The notes beneath the pieces are model-generated. The model ran no database searches and had not been told where the DNA came from. It saw only the letters and a program-made list of their open reading frames with translations. DNA of 64,000 bases, from positions 44,575 through 108,574 of IMG/VR virus record IMGVR_UViG_3300019850_000208; one strand, written 5' to 3'. The translations under genes and the position numbers were made by a program. This DNA comes from a virus. This document shows, piece after piece, positions 38,201 to 46,544 of this stretch. Position 1 is the stretch's first letter, and each line of letters opens with the position of its first letter.

Positions 38201-40000
38201 TACATACAATGCATTTATGAATTGCAGATCTGCTGGATTCCCTATCACAGTGACCTGCTCTATTATGTTGTTTCCTCCTGTAACTCCTTGTTGAAATCTG
38301 TATAAATAGCCGTTGGATGTGCCTATATATAGCCATCCATCATATGTAACAATAGAAGATATGAAATTTGTGGCATCAAAATCATTTGAATCATTACCAT
38401 CAACTCTATTGTCATTAACGCTTACGTTCTGCCCAAATGTAAATTCACCTTCATCAATTGAAGTTGAAATATTATCCAGTGATGGCCCTTCGTGTGGATA
38501 TGGCAAGTTTGGATTTTGAACCAGTCTGTATAACTTGTGATGATACGCAAAATATATGGCATTATCGAATTCGGCTATAGTTGTCACATTTTTGATAGCA
38601 TAAGGATCTGGTTCATAACCTGATATCCAGGTTCCATAAAAATCATCCCATCGGCCTTCGCCCTGTATTATATGTTGCGTAAATTCATAACTGAGTTCTA
38701 GCTGCGTAGATTGATTTTGAATTGGAATAAGAACATTGGCTACACCGCCAACTGCACCACTTGTATCAATTGTTGCTTCTTTTGCTTCGAACTCTCTTTG
38801 CATTACTACGTTATTTACAGGTAGAATACCTCTTCCATCGCAATCAAAGTTTCGGCCAGATTGTCGTATGATGATATTAGGATCGGCAGATTGTTGATAA
38901 GCATATCCTGATGTTTGAACTTTATATCGCGGATCATACTCTCTGAATGATATATTTTCACGATCAATATTGTATATTTGAGCAGGATGAGGTACTATAA
39001 TCTCACCAATGTCGAATGCCATCTGATATAAATTATCTAATTTTGGTGAATTATCCCAAGCTATGTTAGCAACCATAAGTGGAATAAACTGACCATGATA
39101 TACTATTGTGCTAGATCCTATGGTGACATAAAAATCATACTCATCATGTGGATCGACTCCAGTTACGTCTTCTTCAGTTACTACCAGGGTGACTTCCCAT
39201 GTGTTTGGGTTAGCATCTGGATAGCGAAGTTTTATTTCATCCTCCATCTCCTTAATCAATGTATCCACATTGGAGGATGTATCATAATGTTTTACTGAGC
39301 CAACCATATGATATGAAGTTTCATCATAAACGGCTTTATCGTCGGCAATGGTGGAATAGTTACCATTAATAAAAGCAACACCACTCGATATGTGCAACGG
39401 AGTTATGCCTTCCAGGTGAACTCTGTTTTGCAGAACTTCTTTTACAAGTTCTCGGTCTCCAGAATCTGTTATAACTGTGCTGGTATCTACTTCTGCGAAT
39501 GTTGGATCGGTCAGATTTCCATCTACATATTCTTTCCAATACCATCGTGCAGTATCTGTTGTGCTTTCAGAACCAATTGTTGTGTTGAAATCTTCAGAGA
39601 GGCTATCTTCTATATCAGTCCAGAAATAACGATAGCCCTTCGGCAACTGCATGTTGATGACCTTGAAACGTTCCTCTGCAAATCTAATTATATCATAAAT
39701 CTCGCTCAAAGTCATTTTATTATCAACAATACTCGCAAGAAATTGATTTCCAAGTTCTTGAAATATACCATTACCTATTTGTAAAGAATTAAGTTCAATA
39801 TTAGAGTTGAGCTTTTCGTCATTATCTGTAAGATCTATGAGTGGCCTGTTGTCAGTTCTCCAATCTACAAAATCAGTAGGAACATAACCCTGAACACCTG
39901 GCTTGCCTTCATTATCCAGGCCCTGTGTATAAGTTACATTGTCTATGGTTATTGGTCCTTTTCCAAGCTCACCAATGCTCCACCGTTTAATTATTGCCAT
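32252..40000 (-). CDS. Giant (2582 aa) baseplate/long-fibre structural protein
   Basis: Beta-propeller-like LYIGT/LAIGT/LIIGT segments, NLLKNADFE CBM-like domain, LamG-like segment; lies downstream of baseplate genes. Confidence 0.7.
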   Translation of the reverse strand: MAIIKRWSIGELGKGPITIDNVTYTQGLDNEGKPGVQGYVPTDFVDWRTDNRPLIDLTDNDEKLNSNIELNSLQIGNGIFQELGNQFLASIVDNKMTLSEIYDIIRFAEERFKVINMQLPKGYRYFWTDIEDSLSEDFNTTIGSESTTDTARWYWKEYVDGNLTDPTFAEVDTSTVITDSGDRELVKEVLQNRVHLEGITPLHISSGVAFINGNYSTIADDKAVYDETSYHMVGSVKHYDTSSNVDTLIKEMEDEIKLRYPDANPNTWEVTLVVTEEDVTGVDPHDEYDFYVTIGSSTIVYHGQFIPLMVANIAWDNSPKLDNLYQMAFDIGEIIVPHPAQIYNIDRENISFREYDPRYKVQTSGYAYQQSADPNIIIRQSGRNFDCDGRGILPVNNVVMQREFEAKEATIDTSGAVGGVANVLIPIQNQSTQLELSYEFTQHIIQGEGRWDDFYGTWISGYEPDPYAIKNVTTIAEFDNAIYFAYHHKLYRLVQNPNLPYPHEGPSLDNISTSIDEGEFTFGQNVSVNDNRVDGNDSNDFDATNFISSIVTYDGWLYIGTSNGYLYRFQQGVTGGNNIIEQVTVIGNPADLQFINALYVWQATNQLAIGTDQGFRLLKHIGGIPSNVTIEDLGTESPPISFTKVTAFTEVSKYGAGFVQTLIIGTQNKGIYYYGDRDFNSGREFHHDDNYTNFVLDGSGDVQFAPDFSNNYCTIKKFIKHKSQQDSNIYMLVELDNEISASDWDDDFGHHTVDDNELWRLIDGNNEGDHESFAYQRINLYESTTWKIGNLLKNADFELGVPPTNWSTQLGSGTFTKTENGKFNLYKGQIHNPAANSLRVFQNYAPAGGLGITAIESKTFTFSIYMDNLNASSASVTFGIEGLDGTGINVLDSQSSTISITSQNVWNRYSVSATFSSTAIVQARVYVEATTAVDIGIDAARFEEGAVAKEFNSGGIDETDFTPSKHACSINDMISFNDHIILGGERDIKGEYGGQKDEPGYTYPPGAPADEEYPSRPDGGINSGIDTVDGNSTNTIDEDVIDYLSSNEGLYYIDQLMLYNTAYGTDFFTFFQDSHGTVWAGSKSRLFKVHSEVEASSSDYVSLYDDSNVPLTFRAIIKIPASDNIIQLTDPASPQWHTFISNALLQDVNKDKIRLIKGSVFVRNAPNSRVDYIEGRDYEIEYDPNSPNYGKIKRKPNPLYEMTGYGRIEPDQQVYIEYKYFKIYEEVAGSEEGYKDLNIEDRTATINLPGSVLEANYELFCDFIYTKIFKGIDDTNVNFNTPITGIKYNLKPYDYVTDFISAHVWTEKFHIIAYSRNQRIHPIYSSYKFSIPRVDIIQLNENWDEEGFVTSITMGEPEEGAPQEPNPSIFDETALEDAISGSGGTITRQHVWEGYVPTTAAIKMYTMNVSQQDYFLNDIYDKRYYITKLQLWDYFIGIKSDTAAYFPFSRSFVSSNGKFIPEPKVPGDPTSAVQNSTIEEITSENLIEFADFPGEFDEQEFYDSESEFKVWWEYTPDYFGLSLVDEYGVRKWRADGLPDNPGIPRGLYVISAKSTGVAFDNKNALQINRNMTISQSFLDSSSNPTLPKDIYRFDIWYFLENAYNASSSSYIELRVYYDEEGATGEQYYSTTRAYTGSSDDLIEDKLNLISVTTEAAIIPKRIEIIISGWDESDEFGGGDPRYVGGTHFFAGNYKAKLNLYLSGSRFYRTGIDTTKFYQSAARIGERITYPVPLNGLAGSMYFKFKPLWRYNLNEVDNSSIVVFDSRSITDTENYFQVIYDAKNYNTQEALAKDDFYNLGTDTNPYPRWPAEGGNYYNSFKVVFYARQMNIQQGDINFKYRSYALDTNSTDNKTRLKYDNNEDLQLFHTFLITWQRLDEMYPDEARFSDGFNNWQFLMTLFLDDQDPISKLIIIDPNFVENLTEKIQIGGGWLKQSYNPATETVTWREIIAEGFLSEFRVENTSINYDKAKLWINKRLPFLDANNIPVFDNIITLGNETELINGTTGAYADMRLNDMFVEGDLYVMGTEVINNVSKMIIEDNIVEVNRIQEFDEDGNWIGIPNISSPAQSGLKSYRQPDEETYDSSFIWNEVNDEWDLIELSKFDILYGDNVLAGASWSVNSGTGTGIDNSIYTIITKSDNNPTPMYQHSEGTWTLQLQLKSSTTPLYARIYTVAQLHDLTEVEHHSNEFQITTSYTDQLFRIIYENNEVDQITVYIEVITSGASSASIQHQNESFAKTTIDLTNYEIPHETQDLRLRKVIIAAPIANPAKEASITFENGKSAIKVFAQDGIYINNDTLVDSMVLRTENDPNSNVELQVYNSGGSLGSLRMNAVRPNYIESIVDNSEITVFSGKIGGVQKYNLQLSKSGHIEPGMDANSVYFSVNNDTWQTLRIDQNAELYFRKAHLTNESEPNSASPLVANVIESALVDLNDNQGAQDCVKITKDQSGTGAVEPSPIIISEFALHNNNSSNGIRYMQSYKLVFNGRVSGAPGHTQASINHNLNIPQERMVVSIGTSSPLRHVYWDPVLSNANTLVVKLDDENTMITTNDINPSNWIDPNDGKIIVFVTISEQIPITSGITMS

Positions 40001-40015
40001 CGAGGTAACTCCATG

Positions 40016-40342
40016 TTATAATTTAAGGACTTGTACAGTTTGTCCTTGATCATTTTTAATTATAATTTTATTATTTGTTATGTCAATGTCCCAGCCAGCC
40101 TGATTGATGTTGAATGTTTTAAGTGTATTTATATCCAGCTTACTAATAAATTGTTTTATTAACATCAAATGTTTCTTTAAATTAGGATATTTCGCTGCTT
40201 CATTGTCTATTTGATTGATACTAGTATTAATATTTAACACCTGCTGATTTGGGGATAAATATTTAATCTTAAGCTTATCCTTACTATAAACTTCTGCCGA
40301 TATTCTTTCTAATATTTTATTAAGTTTCATTATAATCCCCAT
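40016..40342 (-). CDS. Hypothetical protein (likely start 40330, MKLNKILE)
   Basis: GGGGA RBS precedes the second ATG; I/N/K-rich. Confidence 0.6.
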   Translation of the reverse strand: MGIIMKLNKILERISAEVYSKDKLKIKYLSPNQQVLNINTSINQIDNEAAKYPNLKKHLMLIKQFISKLDINTLKTFNINQAGWDIDITNNKIIIKNDQGQTVQVLKL

Positions 40343-40410
40343 TTAAAATTGTTATAATAAACCTTTTGTGATTTATCCTTATTTACCGTTTTCTCAGTCA
40401 TGCCTTGCTG

Positions 40411-40418
40411 ATTATCTT
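40411..40418 (-). promoter_or_regulatory. AAGATAAT motif
   Basis: Intergenic, upstream of the 40.3 kb gene and the giant structural gene. Confidence 0.5.
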
Positions 40419-40440
40419 TTCTACTTCTTGTTTTTTAGTT

Positions 40441-40755
40441 TCACTCTATCGCCGACTTTTTATATCTTCTTATAAACTTTGATAAAAATGGAAATTGCTC
40501 TTTTAGCGCTTGATATCTTTTTAGTTTCTTTTTTCTCTGAAAAAGCTTTACCTCTTTTTTAAGAAATCTATCAACTCTCGATTTAAGATGGTCTTTATCT
40601 CCATTATAATAATTTAGATTATAGCCTAGCAAACTATTACCTTTATAATTATTATCTAGAACTATCAGATCTGGAGTTGGATCATGTATAACGTATTCGG
40701 AACGGCTGCCGGAATAACCAAATTCTTTTCGTTTTAATTTTTCATAAAGTCGCAT
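40441..40755 (-). CDS. Short T4 gp2-like (DNA end protector-like) protein
   Basis: F.Y...HDP.P..IVL...LLGYNLNY...Y..LK..FPF...IRRY, paralleling 59728-60330. Confidence 0.55.
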   Translation of the reverse strand: MRLYEKLKRKEFGYSGSRSEYVIHDPTPDLIVLDNNYKGNSLLGYNLNYYNGDKDHLKSRVDRFLKKEVKLFQRKKKLKRYQALKEQFPFLSKFIRRYKKSAIE

Positions 40756-40786
40756 AATATCTGCCTTATTTTTATAAAAATGTCAA

Positions 40787-41734
40787 CTAAAATAGAATTG
40801 ACCAGACAAATGTAAAACTCACGCTTGGCTCTTTTTTTATTCCATTAAAATACCTTTTTGCCAACAACATCCCTCTTTCCATATCTGCATTTTCACCAGG
40901 AGTATTGGGAGATAGAACCAAACCGGCGCTTGAGTAAAGACCAACTTCATTAATCTTAACTCCATCATAGGGATAATTACTACCACTTCCGGTAGCGCCA
41001 TATGCTAAATCTGGAAGCGTAACGGAATATATTGTTCTATTGCTAGCCAATGAACCCTGGGTCGCGCCAACTGTGATATGAAAATCATGTTCTCTATTGA
41101 TCATAACAAATGGAGCAGGATTATCATTTGCGTCTGTTGGATTTTCTAATACAGTTCTATCGGTATCTATTGCAGAACCTGGAATGCCGCCCTTACCAAA
41201 TAAATATTTGGCAATCATAAAAGGATATACATTGCCCCCATCCAACATTGTATGATTTGAATCCGGATTTGAGCCACCCGTCCATGAATTTTTATCGTTG
41301 TATACCAATCTATCGTATACCCCATATGGTTTGTCCTGGCCATTAGCAGTACTATCTATATACCCCGATCGATATTTCCATGGGCACCCGAATGTCTGGG
41401 TGGTACTACCCGCTGGTGGATTATCAATTCCAGAAGTGGAATCAACATAGTAGTCCTGCAGGGCTGTAAAGGGCACTGTCTCCTGCATTTGCCCACTATC
41501 ATCTAAATATCCTGTATGCTCTCCAAAGCTTGAGAATGGATAGCCGGCAATTAAATACGCCAATGACGGTTTCAGCCAACTCATAATTTGATTAGGCCCA
41601 TGATCTTCATATATCACTTTACCCCTTTCTTGAACATAAATATCTAATTTACCTATGGGTGTCGGTATCCGATCTGGGTCCAGACCGATTCTCTCGTATA
41701 TCAGTTTGTCGGCCGGATGTTTGAATTTTCTCAT
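40787..41734 (-). CDS. Baseplate / tail-fibre attachment protein
   Basis: C-terminal YDG..INEVGLY...LLAKRYF.GIKKE....F.W.I.F, typical of fibre-collar/baseplate proteins that follow gpJ/gpI homologues. Confidence 0.65.
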   Translation of the reverse strand: MRKFKHPADKLIYERIGLDPDRIPTPIGKLDIYVQERGKVIYEDHGPNQIMSWLKPSLAYLIAGYPFSSFGEHTGYLDDSGQMQETVPFTALQDYYVDSTSGIDNPPAGSTTQTFGCPWKYRSGYIDSTANGQDKPYGVYDRLVYNDKNSWTGGSNPDSNHTMLDGGNVYPFMIAKYLFGKGGIPGSAIDTDRTVLENPTDANDNPAPFVMINREHDFHITVGATQGSLASNRTIYSVTLPDLAYGATGSGSNYPYDGVKINEVGLYSSAGLVLSPNTPGENADMERGMLLAKRYFNGIKKEPSVSFTFVWSILF

Positions 41735-41985
41735 GATATTTCTCCGATTTACTTGCTTTTTTTATTTTTATAGTCAATGAATCAGTTGGCAAATTTACTT
41801 TATCTTTCATTGCCATTATTTACTCCCTATGCTATAATATCATTTCGTTTTAAATATTACGAAAAGTTATTTGTTTGTATATATCTTTCAAGCTTCCTTT
41901 CCATTCGGAGGATTCGGCCGATACTAATCTCATAACCGACTTGAATTAATATAAATTTCAGATTTATATTCAGGTATAGATACCG

Positions 41986-43632
41986 TTATATCTGGCCCCA
42001 AGTTGTACCGCTCCATTCATAAAAACTATTCTCAGCTACTGCCCAATACACATATCCATTATCTTCCGGGTTCAATGTTGGCAAGCTTGCCGCATCTGGA
42101 ACTATAGGATGTGTTGGATATGGATTCGTTTTCAGCCACTCCAAGAACTCGTCTCCTGTCAGTGAGAAATCCCAATTTGTATGTTTAACATTGGCTATTA
42201 CGCTTTCGAGAGCTGTCTCAAAGGTTAATACGTGCTGCAATCCTATAATGTGTGATATATTATTTTTGCCCCTTGCATGGACTCCATTATGTCTGATATA
42301 ATCACCAATTCTATCCTCTTCATCACTTAAGGGCGCGCCCTCTGTAGTTACATTTAGTATTCTTAATAATTGTTCATCAATAGCCTCTATGGTTTGAATA
42401 TCGTATTCTGTATCTGTGGTGTTATAGTCTGATTTTAGTTGTTCCCATTCACTCCCGGAGCTATTAACACCAATTAAATCATAAATGTTCTTAATTAATT
42501 CTATTGTAAACTCTTCATAAACCGGTATAGGCCCGTCCGTATATGGCGTTAGGTTAATATTTATTGAAGATTGTATATAACTTGGCGATAAAAATTTAAT
42601 ATATTTATTAATTATTTTATCAACTATATCAGGATCACTCGGCAGCAGCTCTGTATCACCCTGATAGAATTGAGTTAATTCCTGCTGAACAAAGTTAGTC
42701 TTAAAATAGGTATATGGATCAGGAAATCCAGCCACTCTGCCAAGTAACAAATCAAGATCAATCCCCCGGCCCGCCGGATCAGCCAACCAGTCAAACATCT
42801 CCAGATTTTTTGTTTCGGTAAATAGGGCAGGATTTATAGGTGCTGAAATTACTTCTCCTGTGTTGGGGTCTGTCTCGAATCTTTTTCTTGGATCAACAGA
42901 TGTTAGATAGTTTGCGGCCGTGATTGGAGACTCTCCTGGCTCATCGCGATCCCTATCAAAGTATTTTTCAATTATCTCATAATCAAAACCAAGGAATTTG
43001 AAGAAGAATTTAAAGCTGTAATTAGTTCCTTTTATTTTATATATTTCAAGAGCGTTCTTGACTATCTCTCTGAAAGAAACATCGCCTAATTGAAAATCTT
43101 CTTTTTCATAGCCAAGCAGTTGAGCCAGATAAGCCAGATATTCGTCTGGTATTTCATTAATATCTCCCAGCTGCGTAATCTTTGTTATCTGTTCTTCAAT
43201 TTTATCAAATTCAAGGCCTATTGCCTCAAATAATAGCCTAAGTTGATCGTGTTCTGATATCTGAGCATTGTCATATCTTGGGAGAAAGTCCAGTATGTGG
43301 TCATTCCAGTATGGCTCAATGGAACCGAACTTGTATACATAAACCATATAGATATATAAATAGCGCGCCGGAATTCCCTTTTGAGGGGATACAAATACGC
43401 TTCCATCCGGATTATACAATCCATAACCAGCTTTGTCTGATATCCTCTGCATCAGCTGTTCATCTAAATAGAGGTCTTGTATTGTGGTATTGGTAATATA
43501 GCCTTCAGCATTCTCCACATCCAGGAGCGTAGCTATATCGTAGACAACTTCTTTTGTGATATTCTCAAAATCTTCTAATAGATCATTGAGTGTAGTGTTG
43601 TTCTGCAGTGCCGCTGCTCTTTCGGCAGTCAT
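41986..43632 (-). CDS. Baseplate wedge protein (P2 gpI / T4 gp7-like)
   Basis: DINEIPDEYLAYLAQLLGY...R..VKN..EIYKIKGT..S..FFFK.LG. Confidence 0.8.
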   Translation of the reverse strand: MTAERAAALQNNTTLNDLLEDFENITKEVVYDIATLLDVENAEGYITNTTIQDLYLDEQLMQRISDKAGYGLYNPDGSVFVSPQKGIPARYLYIYMVYVYKFGSIEPYWNDHILDFLPRYDNAQISEHDQLRLLFEAIGLEFDKIEEQITKITQLGDINEIPDEYLAYLAQLLGYEKEDFQLGDVSFREIVKNALEIYKIKGTNYSFKFFFKFLGFDYEIIEKYFDRDRDEPGESPITAANYLTSVDPRKRFETDPNTGEVISAPINPALFTETKNLEMFDWLADPAGRGIDLDLLLGRVAGFPDPYTYFKTNFVQQELTQFYQGDTELLPSDPDIVDKIINKYIKFLSPSYIQSSININLTPYTDGPIPVYEEFTIELIKNIYDLIGVNSSGSEWEQLKSDYNTTDTEYDIQTIEAIDEQLLRILNVTTEGAPLSDEEDRIGDYIRHNGVHARGKNNISHIIGLQHVLTFETALESVIANVKHTNWDFSLTGDEFLEWLKTNPYPTHPIVPDAASLPTLNPEDNGYVYWAVAENSFYEWSGTTWGQI

Positions 43633-45878
43633 TATTCAACCACCTCGGTGTAATCTAAAATCATTCCATGTAATTGAAATTCCACTGATTGAGTCGCTCC
43701 TATGAATTCATTTTTCGATAGAACTATGATTTCATTATATTTTGCTTCTATTGGTTCACGGCCGTAATCTTTGGCCGAATCTGGTGGGTTGTTAGGATCA
43801 TTTTTGTATGTGGAATAATCAACACCAAAATAAGTTATTGAGACATATCTAACTCCAGCAACCGATTGAATAAGTGCTATTATTTCCGGCAACTGTACAT
43901 TTTGGCTATAATCCTGGTTTAGAAGGCTATATCTCAAGAATAATAATGATTCAACCTGTTCTTTTACCAAATTCTGATTATAATTTTTTTCAACATATAC
44001 AATACCTTTGATATCAAAAGCCGTATAAAGCGTATCTATATATACATTGTCTATACTTACCATTTTTTTATTTTTTAAATAATTTTCGAGTGTAGTTACA
44101 TCCGAAACAGCATCTACCTGTTGATCCCAATACCACCACATTATAGAAAGTGGTGTGTTAACTGGGATGCCGAATCCTCCCATATAATTATATCTGGTAA
44201 TTAAGCCTTTATCATAATCAAACACATAATCAACATTTTGTAAATAAGTCGTCAAACCTCCTGTTATAATATTTATGGCAGGATATCTCGGATAAACAGG
44301 AACATATTCGCTTGGCAACTGCAAGACATAAGAACTAATTCCGAAATTTTGGTTGGTTGCGGCAAAAAGTGGAGGATTTTTAAGGTGTAGTATATCATTT
44401 GTGCCAGTTTCAATAGTATCCACTACGCCAACAAATATTTCAGAACCAGTTCCAGTTCCAGGAATTGCTATAGCATCATCCGGTTCAAGCTCAGGAGGAA
44501 ATAATGTTCCATTGCCCGTTACTTTCGTTGAATCTAAACCAGCTGGATCAAATGAAATAGTGCCTGTTAATAATGATGGAGATGAAAAACTCAAAGTGGC
44601 ATTTTTTATTTCATATGGCTTCGTCAGCTGGAGTTCTGTATTATATTCAGTTCTTGGATCCAGAACTGACCAGTTTTTGTATGAAGGAACTGCGTAAATC
44701 CAAGTTTCAAAAGTCGGAATTGTATATCCATATTCATCTGAAACTGCAGCTGGTTCATTAACTTTGCCATATGCAGCTGTAGTCAATATATTTGGATGCA
44801 GTAGTAGAATACGTTTATAATCTAATGGTGTAACAGTTTTATCAGCTGTTGTGATATAAAGCGGAGCTCTCTTTTTTGCTTCATTGACTGATTCGGAACT
44901 AGCTCCACCTGAGCCGGCTTCATTGTTTGTAAAAGTTGCCAACACAGAATTACCGCCAACCACAAATGATTTCGTTTCTCTTATAGAATTTAAAACAATA
45001 TTGCCTTTTGAGCCTCCGCCTATTCTATAATATATTCTGATAGAATCTCCAGCTGTAAATATGTTAGCTATAGCGGAGCTCGCGAATCTCGCCGTTACTT
45101 TATTATCAGCATCTACATCAATCATAAAAGGTGGAACCAATAATGGAGATCCATCGGATTTTTGTTGCGCGTCTTCGGCAACAAAGCTATTCACTAGAGG
45201 CAGTCTTTCGATCGGCTCATCATTAGCGTTCAATGTCCATATTTGGATACTGTTCTCAATTACGGGAAAATCATTCAAAACTATAGTTTCATTATCTATT
45301 CCCTGCATTGTCTCATTTTGAATTCTGCTGCTTCCTTCGAAAAATGTTAGACCTTCATTCCCAGTAAATGATATGATTTGACTTGTAATAGTACCAGTAT
45401 TTACGGTGACTATTGCGTCATCACCAAAGTATATAAATTCTCCGTCTGCATCCTTGGGTATTAACTCGAAAGTAATTGGATCTCCATTTCTATCTGTTGC
45501 CGTTACCGACATGAGAGATGGCAAATCAAATGGTTCAACCCAATTAGATAAAGTCATATCAACTTTTGCCGATGCGGCCTGTGGTAATGTGATCCGGTAG
45601 TTAATTAGCTTTAGTAGATTTATAGCTGACTGTTTCTGAGTTGCTGTGCCAATGAAATTCTCATTCGCTTTCCAGTCAACCCTAAAAGCCAGAATATCGA
45701 CAATATAGGATATCAACTCAATTATCATTTTCCCTGCATTGGATTCTAAGAAATCTTCCCAGGATTCATTATAGGCCGGATTTTCGATAATTATCCGCCT
45801 AATGTCCGAGATTATTGTTTCAAAATCCAATGCCGTATATGAGAATCGCGGTAGAGCTATTAAATCATCAGTGGCCAT
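43632..45878 (-). CDS. Baseplate wedge protein (T4 gp6 / P2 gpJ-like)
   Basis: YT.LDF..I...WEDFLESNAG...ENFIGTA...YRIGGG..GN...GG...ES..EAK.RAP...VT..DY. Confidence 0.9.
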   Translation of the reverse strand: MATDDLIALPRFSYTALDFETIISDIRRIIIENPAYNESWEDFLESNAGKMIIELISYIVDILAFRVDWKANENFIGTATQKQSAINLLKLINYRITLPQAASAKVDMTLSNWVEPFDLPSLMSVTATDRNGDPITFELIPKDADGEFIYFGDDAIVTVNTGTITSQIISFTGNEGLTFFEGSSRIQNETMQGIDNETIVLNDFPVIENSIQIWTLNANDEPIERLPLVNSFVAEDAQQKSDGSPLLVPPFMIDVDADNKVTARFASSAIANIFTAGDSIRIYYRIGGGSKGNIVLNSIRETKSFVVGGNSVLATFTNNEAGSGGASSESVNEAKKRAPLYITTADKTVTPLDYKRILLLHPNILTTAAYGKVNEPAAVSDEYGYTIPTFETWIYAVPSYKNWSVLDPRTEYNTELQLTKPYEIKNATLSFSSPSLLTGTISFDPAGLDSTKVTGNGTLFPPELEPDDAIAIPGTGTGSEIFVGVVDTIETGTNDILHLKNPPLFAATNQNFGISSYVLQLPSEYVPVYPRYPAINIITGGLTTYLQNVDYVFDYDKGLITRYNYMGGFGIPVNTPLSIMWWYWDQQVDAVSDVTTLENYLKNKKMVSIDNVYIDTLYTAFDIKGIVYVEKNYNQNLVKEQVESLLFLRYSLLNQDYSQNVQLPEIIALIQSVAGVRYVSITYFGVDYSTYKNDPNNPPDSAKDYGREPIEAKYNEIIVLSKNEFIGATQSVEFQLHGMILDYTEVVE

Positions 45879-46237
45879 TATTGCCCTTCCTCTAAATTGA
45901 TTTCAAATTCTATTAAATCTTCGTTCAGTGGATTGCCTACTTCATTAAACAATATTTTCATAAATATTATATTTCCATCCGCATTGACGACTACATCGCG
46001 AACATTAACCCTTGGTTCATATAAATTTATGGCGCTCTCTATCATTCTTTTAAGATCCTGCAAGTAAATATCGTTAGTGGTTTCAAAAAGCAGCTTACGT
46101 AGCCCACTTCCAAAGTTTGGCCTGCCAACTCGTTCTCCCGGTGTCGTCATTAATATACGTGAAATTGATTCTGATATTAAATTCTTATCAGACTTAATCT
46201 TTAAAAATGTGTTATTATAGAATCCTGGACCTACCAT
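45878..46237 (-). CDS. Baseplate wedge subunit (T4 gp25 / GPW-like)
   Basis: I..SI..ILMTTPGER..RPNFGS.L..LLFE...AINLYEPRV. Confidence 0.92.
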   Translation of the reverse strand: MVGPGFYNNTFLKIKSDKNLISESISRILMTTPGERVGRPNFGSGLRKLLFETTNDIYLQDLKRMIESAINLYEPRVNVRDVVVNADGNIIFMKILFNEVGNPLNEDLIEFEINLEEGQ

Positions 46238-46246
46238 TTATTCCTC

Positions 46247-46528
46247 TCAGCTATATCTTTCAAAATATTGTCTTATAACTATTCCTTTGTTGCCTCTTAT
46301 AAATCTCGCAATTATTTTCGGATCCGCCGGCTTTACATATTCCAATTCATGCGGACGAACAGGCATTTTTGATATATACATCGTCATTAAATTTCCATTT
46401 GGCTTTGTTACTACATATATTGTACCATAGTCAAAACGTTTCGGCGTTTTTATTGGAAAAAAGAAAATTCGATTGTCCTCGAGAGTAGATTCCTCTTCAT
46501 ACCATTTATAAAGTCCTGGACTCATCAT
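46247..46528 (-). CDS. Small hypothetical protein inserted in the baseplate operon
   Basis: 93 aa; AGGA RBS; ends KGIVIRQYFERYS. Confidence 0.65.
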   Translation of the reverse strand: MMSPGLYKWYEEESTLEDNRIFFFPIKTPKRFDYGTIYVVTKPNGNLMTMYISKMPVRPHELEYVKPADPKIIARFIRGNKGIVIRQYFERYS

Positions 46529-46544
46529 TTATTCCTATAATAGT

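Noticed and set aside
41649-41816. Short ORF MAMKDKVNLPTDSLTIKIKK... possibly frameshifting at an A7 run into 40787-41734
   Set aside because: Fusion needs a +1 shift with no visible stimulator, and the downstream gene has its own GGAG RBS and ATG. It may be a real micro-ORF but cannot be supported here.
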